This document shows positions 7,528 to 17,299 of a DNA stretch of 64,000 nucleotides, one piece after another. The notes beneath the pieces are model-generated. The model was given only the letters and a program-made list of their open reading frames with translations. It was not told the origin of the DNA and ran no database searches. The translations under genes and the position numbers were made by a program. Origin of the DNA: a bacterium (GTDB lineage: Bacteria; Sumerlaeota; Sumerlaeia; SLMS01); contig WGMQ01000008.1 in the NCBI GenBank assembly GCA_016125005.1, forward strand, positions 44,606 through 108,605, read 5' to 3'. Numbering within the stretch: the stretch's first letter is position 1; each line of letters opens with the position of its first letter.

Positions 7528-10500
7528 TCAGAATACCATCCAGATTTCGCCGACCGACGCATCCTGTGCGACCTGAATCGACATGCTCAGCGACGTCATG
7601 CCTGGAACGTCCGTCCATCCGGAAAGTTCCAGTGTCTGACCCGCCAGCGAGGACGGGATCGTGATCGTCAGCTCCGTCGACTCGCCCGGAAGGATCGTGG
7701 GGCGCGGGTGCGCCGCAATGACCGCTGGCACACCACCGGCGAAACGAAGCTGGCCGATATTCAGCGGCCCGAAGCCACTGTTCTCGATCGTATAGACAGC
7801 TGTCACTTCATCCGCGGCACCAGGAATGGTCACCGTGTCTGAGAAGCCAGCCAGCGGCGTGGCGTTTCGGGTGATCGTGACGGCAGGCAGACCCGCATCG
7901 CTTCCGTCCAGCGACCGGAGGTACGCTGTCAGGTTCGCCAGTTCCTCGGTCGTGAAGCCGCGCACGTGGGCGCCTGCAGCCGCCAGGTGATCGGGCGTCA
8001 CGATGCGGACCTCGTCCACGCTCAATCCACCCGACGGCCCGTTCTTCAGGACCGTCACGGTGTTCGTGCCTGCGGCAAACGCGATGGGGAAGCGGGCGAT
8101 GCGCCACTCGTTCGGCAGGTAGCTAGGGTTGTTGCCCGTCATCGGGAACGCCGCAGTGTTCGTGTTGGCGCCGATGCGAACGCCGAAGTTGCCGGTCGCA
8201 TAGCTCATGCTGTATCGGACGTCCACATAGCCTGTTCCTGCGGTGGATGAGACGATCCCCTCGAAGTTCAGGATACCGAGTTCATCGAAGCCAACGAACG
8301 CCCCCTGGTGCCACTCCTTCATGGGTGCCCAGTCGACTGTCTCGACGCTGACGGCACTGCTGGAAGTCGCGTCCTCCGCCTGCACGAGCAGTCCTCCAGC
8401 CGTGGTGAAGACCTCCTCAAGGGTCGTTGCGCTTCCGTTGTGCAGGTAGGGTGCCGAGTCGTGAAGGCCCAGCAACGTTGGCGTGTCTATACCGGTCAGC
8501 GTCGCGCCAAGGCGCGAGCCCGAGGCCACGTTCATGGTGCCGACGTCGTGCATGGTCCTGTCGGTGAAATCGGTCGCCGGGGAATGGCAGGACGCGCAGT
8601 TGTTCGCGGCAAAGAGGGCCTGTCCGGCAAGCGCCGCGGCACTGAGCGACCCATCGGATTGGCGATGGGGGCTGCGTGGCAGATGGCTGGTGCCGAGCGA
8701 GGCAACATAGGCCGCGAGTGCGTCCAGGTCCTCGCTGTGACCCGCCTTCGGTGCGCCGAGCGTGTCCATCAGGCTGGCCCAGTCGGAGTCCTGCAGGAAG
8801 CCCTCGCCGCCGAAGCCGTTGCGGATGTCGTTCTCGAAGTCCTGGATTTCGTCGAAGTTCGCGCTCCAGTGCACGTTGCCGTGCCAGGTCCCCGAGCGGC
8901 CGCGAAGGTCCGCCGTGTTACGGAATCCTTCGCCGCGATTTGTGAAGTCCCAGGTCCTGCCATCGTGTCCACCGGCGACGTGACAGGTCGCGCAGCTCAT
9001 GTAGCCCTCGGCACTCATGCGCGGGTCGGATGCGTGATAGAAGATCTGCTTCCCAAGGAGCACTTCATCGTGCAGCAATTCACGAGCGACCACCGGGATG
9101 GCTTGCGACGCGACGTTGCCATTGCCCGAGACGATGAAGGCATCGGCGCCCAGCACCGTTATCGTGCGATCCATGAAGTCGGCTGTATAGACACGGCTCG
9201 TCGACGGATCGACGACAAGTCCCTGTGGTGCCAGACCCGTCTGCCAGCGGGTCGAGATCGTGCCGGGGTCACTGGGATTGAAGAAGTCCAATACATCCAG
9301 GACCGCGACCTGCGCGTTGCCTTGCAGCGAGATGAAGGCGTAGTCACCGAGGGGGCTGAAATCGATCGCGGTGGGGGAGTCGCTGTTGTCTATATCGAGA
9401 CGATAGCTTGTGTCCTCGGCCCCCGAAGCCAGATTCACCAGCATCATCATCGCGCGGACCGTGTTGTCCTGTGAGAGGGCCTGATTGGGAGCCGAGAAGG
9501 TGCCACGCTCGGTGTTGTCCTTCTTGCCCACAATCCACGCCCATTCCCCGTCCGGTGAGATGTTGATACCGGCCAGATAGTTGGGCACACCGCGGCCGCC
9601 CGCGCTGCTATCGACGGTGTGGCTGCGTGCGAGGCGAATGGTTCGCGTCAGCGTCAGCGTCATCGTGCCGAGCGCCACATCGTAGACCGATCCTTGGTGC
9701 TCGCCGGAAATGAACCGCGTGATCAGCGCACGAGTGCCGTCGTGGGTGATCGCGATGGCGCGCGGATAAGGGCCGAGCACCACGCTGTGCGTTTGCACCC
9801 GTGTCGTCGCATCGAAGCGCCGCAGCGTGCCGTCGCCTTCGCACGACACGAGGAGGGCGCTGCCATTCGGCAGTGCGGCCACCGCCACAGGGCGTGAGCC
9901 GTAACCGGTGCCCATCGTCGCGATCAGCGCGCCGGTTGCGGCATTGAGTACATGAAGCTCGTCACTCTCGCTCGATGCGACCCACAGGGTCCCGTCTCCG
10001 GGAAGCGCGACGCTCATGGGATGCTTTCCAACGGCACTTTCCCAGAGGATCGCGTTGGTCGCCGTTACGACGGCGGTTACCGTCCGCGCATCAGGGTTGG
10101 CTGTATAGACAGTACCAGAAACCGAATCAATCGTGATCATGCTGCTGCGCGTTGCCCCCGGGTTGGCGGGAGGCGTCAACACGCTGATGGTCCTCGACAC
10201 GGCGTTCAGCGAACCCTGCGCGTCGCGCACCTGGACGGTCACCTGATAATGGCCTGCGGCTGTATAGACATGATTCGCGGACGTTGCCGCGCCCCAATCG
10301 GTCCTCGCTGTTCCATCGCCAAAGTCCACGCGATACTCCACGGCACCACCCTCAGGATCGCTGCCCGACCACGACAGCGCGACCGAGGCACCGGGCTGCG
10401 CGACTTCCGGCGACGCGATCACTGCGCCCACCATGGGCGGCTGGTTCCCTGCGCCGAGCGAGGCCCCAGTCGAGAAGGTGAAGCTGTACGCCTCCAGCGG

Positions 10501-11979
10501 ATTCCCCATCGCGTCCTGAATCGCGGCGGTCAGCAGCACCTCGTAGGTCGTGTTCTGCGCGAGGGGACTTTGCGGAGTCACTGTCAGTAGCTTGCCCTGA
10601 CCGAAGGAATGCCAGGTCGGCACCGGATCGCCGCCCAGCGGCCGCACGATCAGCGAGACACCATCCACGATGGTCTCGGTCCGAAGCGTCTCGGGGATCG
10701 AAAGTGTAATCGGGCAGACCGTGGAGAAGTTCGTCTGTCCCGCCGTCGGCACGTGGTAGAGCACGTAAGGCGAGCGCGTGTCCGGCTCGGCCTGATGGGC
10801 CCAGATCGCCATACCCGGCCCCAGCGTCCCGTAGCCGCCCGTGAAGACGAGATTCCCCACCGGCAAGGCGAACTGGCTCGCGTCGAGCGTCACATCGTTC
10901 GTCGCCAACGTCAGCTCGACCTCGAAGGTCCGCATGTCGATCTTGTAGTTGTTCATGAAGGCGTACTCGTCCTGGAACGTCACGTACTGATTCGATCCGG
11001 GAAGGTTCCGATCAGCCACGACCTTGAGGTCGGTCGGATCGGAAAAGTCCACCACCATAAAGCCCGCCTGGCTACCCGGCCCGCCCTCATTGTCGCGGCG
11101 CGGGAAGAAGACGTAGTGCCCGTAGACCTCGGGCCAGTAGCCGCCGGGGTTCTCCTCCTTCAGCACATCCAGCAGGATGGGATTCGTCGGGTCCGAAATG
11201 TCATAGGTGCAGACACCCGTGCCGGTCATGTCGGCTGCATAGACCAGGATATTCCCCATGATGAACGGAAAGCCCACCACGCCGGTCTGACCCAGATGAT
11301 CCCAGCTGTGAAGGATCGCGGGACCGGTGCGGGCTCCACCGTTCGCCCAATCATAGATATACTGACCCGGGCCGCGTCGCACGGCGATGAAGGAATTGCC
11401 GCCGACGGGGCTGTAGCTCCAGAAGTCCTCCACGCCCCAGGGCGATTGGGTCCCCGAACGATTGATCCCGCCGACGAGAAGCCCCGTGTCCTCGATGTCA
11501 GCGTGCGTCAGGCCACTGCCTAGAATCGCCGGACCGCTTCCGCCAATGCGAAAGCTGTTCACCCAATGATCGTCCGATCCATCGCAGAGCGATCCGTCGC
11601 CGCTCACGCAATGCGGCCCGATGTATAGATCGTTCCCCGAATGGAAGTAGGCGTGGGCATGAAAGCCGGTTGCTCGGAAGGGAAACACAGTCACCTGGGG
11701 AGAGGCCGGATCGCTGACGTCGTATAGACGCACCAAGTTGTCGGCGCCCCCCTGGCTTCCGGGGGCCTCGGGAACGGTGATGATGCGATCGCCGTGAAAG
11801 GCGATGATGGCGGTGCGGCCCTGCTCGGGCGAAATCGGTCCGGAAATCAACTCACCGGGTGTGCGCGCGACGTTCGGGAACGGAATGGCCAAGGCAAACT
11901 GGGCGGGCGCGATTGCTGCAAGAACCAGGATGCGGGATACTAGGGCTGTGGGGGTCACGGGAGGGAGACGCTTCCTCAA
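7528..11979 (-). CDS. Very large secreted multidomain protein: signal peptide, beta-propeller/YVTN-like repeats, PKD domain, and a di-haem cytochrome c peroxidase-like domain (two CxxCH motifs)
   Basis: Haem motifs CATCHVAGGHDGRTW and CASCHSPATDF. PKD-like segment YRVDFGDGTAR...HVYTAAGHYQVTVQV. A signal-peptide-like N-terminus. The track start is a TTG; an in-frame GTG at about 11958 is an alternative. Confidence 0.75.
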   Translation of the reverse strand: MRKRLPPVTPTALVSRILVLAAIAPAQFALAIPFPNVARTPGELISGPISPEQGRTAIIAFHGDRIITVPEAPGSQGGADNLVRLYDVSDPASPQVTVFPFRATGFHAHAYFHSGNDLYIGPHCVSGDGSLCDGSDDHWVNSFRIGGSGPAILGSGLTHADIEDTGLLVGGINRSGTQSPWGVEDFWSYSPVGGNSFIAVRRGPGQYIYDWANGGARTGPAILHSWDHLGQTGVVGFPFIMGNILVYAADMTGTGVCTYDISDPTNPILLDVLKEENPGGYWPEVYGHYVFFPRRDNEGGPGSQAGFMVVDFSDPTDLKVVADRNLPGSNQYVTFQDEYAFMNNYKIDMRTFEVELTLATNDVTLDASQFALPVGNLVFTGGYGTLGPGMAIWAHQAEPDTRSPYVLYHVPTAGQTNFSTVCPITLSIPETLRTETIVDGVSLIVRPLGGDPVPTWHSFGQGKLLTVTPQSPLAQNTTYEVLLTAAIQDAMGNPLEAYSFTFSTGASLGAGNQPPMVGAVIASPEVAQPGASVALSWSGSDPEGGAVEYRVDFGDGTARTDWGAATSANHVYTAAGHYQVTVQVRDAQGSLNAVSRTISVLTPPANPGATRSSMITIDSVSGTVYTANPDARTVTAVVTATNAILWESAVGKHPMSVALPGDGTLWVASSESDELHVLNAATGALIATMGTGYGSRPVAVAALPNGSALLVSCEGDGTLRRFDATTRVQTHSVVLGPYPRAIAITHDGTRALITRFISGEHQGSVYDVALGTMTLTLTRTIRLARSHTVDSSAGGRGVPNYLAGINISPDGEWAWIVGKKDNTERGTFSAPNQALSQDNTVRAMMMLVNLASGAEDTSYRLDIDNSDSPTAIDFSPLGDYAFISLQGNAQVAVLDVLDFFNPSDPGTISTRWQTGLAPQGLVVDPSTSRVYTADFMDRTITVLGADAFIVSGNGNVASQAIPVVARELLHDEVLLGKQIFYHASDPRMSAEGYMSCATCHVAGGHDGRTWDFTNRGEGFRNTADLRGRSGTWHGNVHWSANFDEIQDFENDIRNGFGGEGFLQDSDWASLMDTLGAPKAGHSEDLDALAAYVASLGTSHLPRSPHRQSDGSLSAAALAGQALFAANNCASCHSPATDFTDRTMHDVGTMNVASGSRLGATLTGIDTPTLLGLHDSAPYLHNGSATTLEEVFTTAGGLLVQAEDATSSSAVSVETVDWAPMKEWHQGAFVGFDELGILNFEGIVSSTAGTGYVDVRYSMSYATGNFGVRIGANTNTAAFPMTGNNPSYLPNEWRIARFPIAFAAGTNTVTVLKNGPSGGLSVDEVRIVTPDHLAAAGAHVRGFTTEELANLTAYLRSLDGSDAGLPAVTITRNATPLAGFSDTVTIPGAADEVTAVYTIENSGFGPLNIGQLRFAGGVPAVIAAHPRPTILPGESTELTITIPSSLAGQTLELSGWTDVPGMTSLSMSIQVAQDASVGEIWMVF

Positions 11980-11997
11980 GTTTTTTCCGGAGGAAGC
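11970..11997 (-). terminator. Hairpin (8-bp GC-rich stem gcttcctc/gaggaagc, T-rich loop) downstream of the EamA gene, overlapping the start region of the 1483-aa gene
   Basis: An inverted repeat is seen in the sequence, but no clear U-tract on the minus transcript. It could be a terminator or attenuator. Confidence 0.25.
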
Positions 11998-12035
11998 TTA
12001 TGCCGTCATGTCAAACTCGTCAACAGGCGAAACTC

Positions 12036-13031
12036 CTACCCCTGCTTGGGCCCACCATCCTTCACGGGGACGCGCTCGCGGGAGAGCAACGTCGCCCGAG
12101 CCATCGTATAGTTCACCACGGCCACACCAAGCAGTACCACCGCACCGCCGCCGACCATCCATGGTGTCACTCGCTCATTGAGCAGCAGCACTCCCACCGC
12201 CAGCGCGACCACTGTATTCAGGTAGGTCGTCGTCCCGGCTACGTCGGCGGGAAGCGTCATCACTACATACATATAGCTGACGTACCCGAGCCACGAGCCG
12301 ACGACAATCAGGTGGATCACTGCGCCAATGGCGGCCGGGGAGATCTCGCGCACCTGCCAACTCCCAGAGAGCGTGCAGACGATCGCCGCCGCCACGCCTC
12401 CCGCCAGGCTCTGCGCCGCTGCGGTCATGAGCGGATGCGTACCGGGTCGGTAGCGCTTGGCGATGAAGCTCCCGAGCGCCCATGAAAGCGGCGACAGTAC
12501 CAGCGCCCCCATCGCCCACCAGAACATCGGCCCGCGCACCGACTCGCCCGCCGTGTGGCCTCCGCCGAGCGCCTCGCGCACGTCTGGATAGACAATCACA
12601 AACAGCCCCATGAATCCCACCGCCAGCCCCGCCCAGGCCAGCCGTGGAACCCGCTCGCCTGCGAACGCCGAAAGGCCCGCAAAGATCAGCGGCGCCGAGT
12701 TCACCATCAGCGCCGCGAAGACGCTGTCCACGTGCTGTTGGGCCCATGCCACCAACACATTCGCGCAGCACAGCAACAGGCATCCAACGGGAGCCAGCCG
12801 CAGCCAATCGCGTCGTGATGGAAACTGGATTCCGAAGCATCGCAGCGCCACCATCAGCGCGGCCCCGGCAAACACGAAGCGGATCGCCGCCAGCGTCAGC
12901 GGAGGAAACGCCGTGGTCGCCACCTTGATCCCCGCATAGGTCGTCCCCCACGCGATGCTCACGCAGACGTAGGCGGCAAGGGACAGGTACTTCCGCTTCG
13001 CCACCGGCGGTCTCTCGGGGATTGTCGTCAA
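12036..13031 (-). CDS. EamA/DMT-family (drug/metabolite) transporter, 10 TM
   Basis: Two EamA-like halves with a hydrophobic 10-helix profile. It overlaps purQ by 4 nt, suggesting an operon. Confidence 0.75.
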   Translation of the reverse strand: MTTIPERPPVAKRKYLSLAAYVCVSIAWGTTYAGIKVATTAFPPLTLAAIRFVFAGAALMVALRCFGIQFPSRRDWLRLAPVGCLLLCCANVLVAWAQQHVDSVFAALMVNSAPLIFAGLSAFAGERVPRLAWAGLAVGFMGLFVIVYPDVREALGGGHTAGESVRGPMFWWAMGALVLSPLSWALGSFIAKRYRPGTHPLMTAAAQSLAGGVAAAIVCTLSGSWQVREISPAAIGAVIHLIVVGSWLGYVSYMYVVMTLPADVAGTTTYLNTVVALAVGVLLLNERVTPWMVGGGAVVLLGVAVVNYTMARATLLSRERVPVKDGGPKQG

Positions 13032-13699
13032 GCTTTCGCCAATGCACCCATCAGGGAGTCGAAGATCACGCGCCCATCGACGCCACCCAGTTCCGTCTCC
13101 ATGGCACGTTCCGGGTGCGGCATCATGCCGAGCACGTTCCCCTCGCGGTTCATGATCCCCGCGATGGAGGCCACCGATCCGTTCGGGTTGTCGGCGTACT
13201 CGAACACCACCTGCCCGTTGTCCTGGAGCGACTTCAGGCCGTCGTTGTCGATGAAGTAATTCCCCTCTCCGTGGGCGATCGGGACGCGGAGTCGCTGGCC
13301 CGCCGACGCGGCGTTCGAAAACGCTGTGCCCGCCTGCTTCACCACCAGATCCGTCCAGAGGCAGCGGAACTTGAGGCCACTGTTACGATGAAGGGCGCCG
13401 GGAAGCAGTCCCGCCTCGCAGAGAATCTGGAAGCCGTTGCAGACGCCTAGGACCAGGCCGCCGCGGCTCGCGTGCTCGCGAACCGATTCCATCGCGCGGG
13501 AAAAGCGCGCCAGCGCGCCACAACGCAGGTAGTCACCGTAGCTGAAGCCACCCGGCACGGCGATCAGGTCCACGGGCTCCGTGAGGACGTCCGAATGCCA
13601 GAGCTTCACCAGATCCCAGCCCATCAACTTCACGGCACGGTGCATGTCCTGGTCACAGTTCGAACCGGGGAATGTGATGACGGCCACCTTGAGTGACAT
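13028..13699 (-). CDS. purQ: Phosphoribosylformylglycinamidine synthase subunit PurQ (glutaminase)
   Basis: VAVITFPGSNCDQDM, GVCNGFQILCEAGLLPG (Cys nucleophile), MPHPER... Confidence 0.9.
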   Translation of the reverse strand: MSLKVAVITFPGSNCDQDMHRAVKLMGWDLVKLWHSDVLTEPVDLIAVPGGFSYGDYLRCGALARFSRAMESVREHASRGGLVLGVCNGFQILCEAGLLPGALHRNSGLKFRCLWTDLVVKQAGTAFSNAASAGQRLRVPIAHGEGNYFIDNDGLKSLQDNGQVVFEYADNPNGSVASIAGIMNREGNVLGMMPHPERAMETELGGVDGRVIFDSLMGALAKA

Positions 13700-13712
13700 G
13701 GGTCAGGCTCCT

Positions 13713-14429
13713 TCAGGAAATCTGGCGCACTTCGGCGCCGTGGTCGTGCCCGATGACGAGGGCCTTGCAATAGCCGATGAACAGGCCCGTTTCCATCACA
13801 CCAACAACCGTCTTCAGCCGCTGCTGCATCGCCATGGGATTGGCGATCCCGTTCGAAAATCGACAATCGACGATGTAGTGCCCCTCATCGGTCAGGAAGG
13901 TCGCACCATCCGCGCCCGTGCGCAGCCGTGTCTCGCATCCTAATGCCGTCAGCTTGGCGATGGTTGTCTCATGTCCGAATCGGACGATCTCCACCGGCAG
14001 GCGAAAGCCCAGACCAAGCCGTTCCACCAGCTTTGATTCGTCCACCACGATCAAGTGACGACGCGACCAATCGGCCACCATCTTCTCACGGAGCAATGCA
14101 CCGCCGCCCCCCTTGATCATCGCGCCATCGCGGGTCACTTCGTCCGCGCCATCGATGTATAGATCGATGCGATGATCGCGACCCAGCGGGATGATTGGTA
14201 CGCCATGCTCCGCGGCCAGCGTCTCCGTTGCCTTGGAGGTGCAGACTCCCTTGATCTGGAGCCCCTGCTCGCGCACGCGCTTTCCAAGTGCCTCGACCAG
14301 ATAGGCCGCCGTGGAGCCCGTTCCCAGGCCCACGACCATTCCCTGCTCCACGTGCGCCGCGGCTGCAAAGCCCGCATGCTTCTTTTGTTCTGCTGCGCCC
14401 ACCATCGGCTCCTTGCCCGTCCCGACCAC
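13713..14429 (-). CDS. rpiA: Ribose-5-phosphate isomerase A
   Basis: GLGTGSTAAY, DLYIDGADEV, KGGGGALLREK motifs. Confidence 0.85.
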   Translation of the reverse strand: MVGTGKEPMVGAAEQKKHAGFAAAAHVEQGMVVGLGTGSTAAYLVEALGKRVREQGLQIKGVCTSKATETLAAEHGVPIIPLGRDHRIDLYIDGADEVTRDGAMIKGGGGALLREKMVADWSRRHLIVVDESKLVERLGLGFRLPVEIVRFGHETTIAKLTALGCETRLRTGADGATFLTDEGHYIVDCRFSNGIANPMAMQQRLKTVVGVMETGLFIGYCKALVIGHDHGAEVRQIS

Positions 14430-15329
14430 TTAGTGGCCGAGGTAGTGTTTCCGGTAGCACTTGTTGAGCGTGTGCGCGCTCTGGTACATCGAATTGGGGC
14501 TCATGAAGTGGCTGAACTCGAACGTGATCAGCTTGTCCACCCCTGCCTCGCGCGCCGCGTCGATCTTGAACTTCAACTTCGGCCAACCGATGGGAGGAAA
14601 CTTGATCGGCATGTCCCGGTCAAACGATTCGACGTTCGACCACGAGGTGATCTTGTGCCGACGGGCCAGTTCGGCGTTCGCCTGCAGGTAGTCCTTCAGC
14701 ACCGGATAGTCCACATGCCCGTCCTGGAAGGCCACGATGTCCACCAGCCCCTGGATGCGCGAGAAAACCTGACCCCACTCCTTCTCGTGCTGATCCAGGC
14801 TGATCGCGTCGTCGAACTGCTTGATCCCCTTGATGTACGGGGAAATCAGGATCGGGAGCTGCCGCAGCCCGCGCAGGTGATTGGCCAACTGCTCGTAGAC
14901 CTTCATCACCCCTTCGTCGAAGCTGTTGATCTCATGGCACATGTACCAGCCCTGGAAGGCCTTGCGGTGCCCGTACTTGGCAAAGAACTCGTCACAGAAG
15001 GCGCGATTGATGTCGACCTCCTTCTGGGGCTGACCGCTGTGCCAGTACTCGCCCGAGTCGTAGGTCCCGAAGAAGAGCTTCATGCCATTGGCTTCCGCTT
15101 CCGTCAGGAAGATGTCCACCAGGTCATAGCCCGTCAGCAGATGCGGATGGCGCTTGCGCAGCACCTGCGAATCGAAGGTGCAGCGATCCTTGTAGCCCGC
15201 GCGGATGATGATAACCGTGTCGATGCCGATGTCCTTCATGGCGCGGAAGTCCGCCGCCCACTCCTCCGGGCCCCAGTTCTGATAGGGAATATCGTGAGTG
15301 ATCTCATCCAGGAAGGTTCCAGTAATCAT
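14430..15329 (-). CDS. DUF4434-like TIM-barrel (glycoside-hydrolase-like) protein
   Basis: MITGTFLDEITHDIPYQNWGPEEWAADFRAMKDIGIDTVIIIRAGY... resembles the DUF4434 family. The start was set at the ATG with an AGGACGAGG RBS. Its stop abuts the rpiA start. GC is slightly lower (about 57%). Confidence 0.55.
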   Translation of the reverse strand: MITGTFLDEITHDIPYQNWGPEEWAADFRAMKDIGIDTVIIIRAGYKDRCTFDSQVLRKRHPHLLTGYDLVDIFLTEAEANGMKLFFGTYDSGEYWHSGQPQKEVDINRAFCDEFFAKYGHRKAFQGWYMCHEINSFDEGVMKVYEQLANHLRGLRQLPILISPYIKGIKQFDDAISLDQHEKEWGQVFSRIQGLVDIVAFQDGHVDYPVLKDYLQANAELARRHKITSWSNVESFDRDMPIKFPPIGWPKLKFKIDAAREAGVDKLITFEFSHFMSPNSMYQSAHTLNKCYRKHYLGH

Positions 15330-15434
15330 GACACACCTCGTCCTTTCACGCGACAGGCAATGGCCGGGCATCCCCGGACGCCCGGGAGCATGGCAACCAA
15401 GCGACCGGGGGAAAGGGGATTTTGGAGGGGGAGA

Positions 15435-16070
15435 TCAGTGTATAGGGGGACTTTGGAAGAGTCGCTGGACCCACTGGACAAGTTGGTCGGCAACTGGCGA
15501 GTCTGACCTGATATAGCCGTGGCCGATCGCCTTCCCATATGGCACGCCCGGTACTTCCTGCCACGCCAGCCATGTATGCAGCAGCGCCTTGCGCCTGGCG
15601 CCATCGGCAAACAGGCGTTCGGCAGCAGGAATGGCGTCGACGGAACTCGTAGCGTAGGAGTATAGCCATGAATCCGTTGGAACCAGCGGGAGGATGAAGT
15701 CTTCCAACGCGCCAGCCGAACGGTTGTCGGGCATCAACCATGCCCCAAATCTCGGCAGTAGCAACGACGGCTCTGCCTGGATAATCGTTCCCAACGGGTC
15801 GGCCGAATATGGCACATTTGGATAACCCTTTTCCATCAAGATCTTCCGTACTTTCTCCCAGCATCTCTGCACACTCGTATCCGCATCGACCACGATTCCA
15901 ACGACGTCGCCATCGCTCCCCTTCAGATGGCCGGGAAGAATTCTGAGAAGCGGATCGATCCCTTTACAGTCCTTGACTGTTTCAATTGGTGGGACGCGTC
16001 GGCGCTGGCACAGGTTTGAGACGACGTGCAGGTCATCGTTCCCCTCAAAGAGCAGCACTTGAGTGCCCAT
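15435..16070 (-). CDS. Small TOPRIM-like protein (DUF4276/RloB-like), partner of upstream ABC-type ATPase
   Basis: N-terminal LLFEGNDD (TOPRIM hhhEGxxD motif) and GIVVDADTS (DxD motif). Its start is 2 nt from the ATPase stop, so translation is coupled. Local GC is about 45-55%, against about 65% in the flanking sequence. Confidence 0.55.
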   Translation of the reverse strand: MGTQVLLFEGNDDLHVVSNLCQRRRVPPIETVKDCKGIDPLLRILPGHLKGSDGDVVGIVVDADTSVQRCWEKVRKILMEKGYPNVPYSADPLGTIIQAEPSLLLPRFGAWLMPDNRSAGALEDFILPLVPTDSWLYSYATSSVDAIPAAERLFADGARRKALLHTWLAWQEVPGVPYGKAIGHGYIRSDSPVADQLVQWVQRLFQSPPIH

Positions 16071-16072
16071 GC

Positions 16073-17299
16073 TCAGCGGACCTCGATCCGTTCTTGAGCG
16101 ACGACTTCCAATTCCTCGCCCCGGAAATAAGTGGGAACGATTTCATCGCCGACTCGTGTCAGCCGCAGCAGCAGACCCGCGTCCTCCTCCTCGGACTCCG
16201 ACGCTGCCTGCTGAAACGCCTCCACAGCGTCCCAACTATGCGAGGTGGCGAAGACCTGCACGTCCAGCTTCTTGGCGAGTTGGAAAACCAGCCGCCATGC
16301 GTCGTATTGGACGGTGTGGTGCAGGCCGTTCTCGAACTCGTCGATAAGGAGGAGTCCGCCCTCCACATTGACCATCGAAAGGATGATACCGAACAGGCGA
16401 TTGATGCCGTCGCCCAAAGACCTGAGCGCGACAGGTCGGAGGAAGCGATCGACTCTAGCAACTGCGATACGCTCTGATTCAGCATTCTCCACCATGCCCA
16501 CGCCCCTGATGGATGGATCGATAAGCCTTAGGGCCTCGACGACCTGCTCCTCTCGATCTGTCAGGGCCACCATATCCCAAAGCCTTCCCAGTCGCCTCTG
16601 CGGTTGAGCGATCGCGGCATGAATGAGCAGTGAGGCACACCGGGCAGGCCGTGCTTGCCTGTCCAGTTTGCCTCGCAAGCATTCCACTGTAGCTTCGTAG
16701 TCGGTATCGGTCCCGATTTCGTCATCCTCGTGCTTGCGGGTAACGGTTCCGCTCCACTGAGTCGCTGTGGGGGGGATTCGAGCTGTACCAAGCTCATCGG
16801 TTGTCTGAAGTGGACCGACCTCTCGGGCCGATCCCATGTACAGCTGTATGCCAGTCTTCCCACACTCCGTGGTGCCCTCAATCGATAGGGGATGACTCGC
16901 GCTGGCAAGCTCGTAATTCCAGAAAAGGCTGCTGAACTCCGCAAGAAAGCGGTCAGGAGTGATGAGATCCCCCTTCCCCAGAAACATGGATAGCTCACCA
17001 CGAATCCTCTGGAGTTCGCCTATCATGTGAAACGAACCGTTAGTCGCGAATATACTGAGCGCCTCAAGCACCGACGACTTGCCCGTATTGTTCCGCCCCG
17101 TGATCATGTTCACACGGGCGAGGTTCTCCAGGCGCAGTTCCCGGAAGGCCCGAAAGTTCTTGATCGTTAAACTCGTTAGCGGCGCCGCCACGTCTGTCGT
17201 TCCTGACCGCGAAAGGGAATCGGTGGGCGACGTGATCAGATTGTCGCCCCGTTTGATGGTCAGGCTCTTCCTTTCCGCCCGGAATGCAAGCCCTACCAT
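16073..17299 (-). CDS. ABC/AAA_21-family (OLD/RloA/AriA-like) ATPase
   Basis: Start of ABC ATPase fold LTIKNFRAFRELRLENLARVNMITGRNNTGKSSVLEAL (Walker A). Walker B LLLIDEFENGLH. H-loop ATSHS. The N-terminal extension in the track ORF may be an overcall. Confidence 0.8.
   Translation of the reverse strand: MVGLAFRAERKSLTIKRGDNLITSPTDSLSRSGTTDVAAPLTSLTIKNFRAFRELRLENLARVNMITGRNNTGKSSVLEALSIFATNGSFHMIGELQRIRGELSMFLGKGDLITPDRFLAEFSSLFWNYELASASHPLSIEGTTECGKTGIQLYMGSAREVGPLQTTDELGTARIPPTATQWSGTVTRKHEDDEIGTDTDYEATVECLRGKLDRQARPARCASLLIHAAIAQPQRRLGRLWDMVALTDREEQVVEALRLIDPSIRGVGMVENAESERIAVARVDRFLRPVALRSLGDGINRLFGIILSMVNVEGGLLLIDEFENGLHHTVQYDAWRLVFQLAKKLDVQVFATSHSWDAVEAFQQAASESEEEDAGLLLRLTRVGDEIVPTYFRGEELEVVAQERIEVR

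Noticed and set aside
8308-11523. Several 300-390-aa plus-strand ORFs (8308-9474, 10609-11523, 9952-10590)
   Set aside because: All lie antisense within the 1483-aa secreted-protein gene, whose haem and PKD motifs validate the minus frame.
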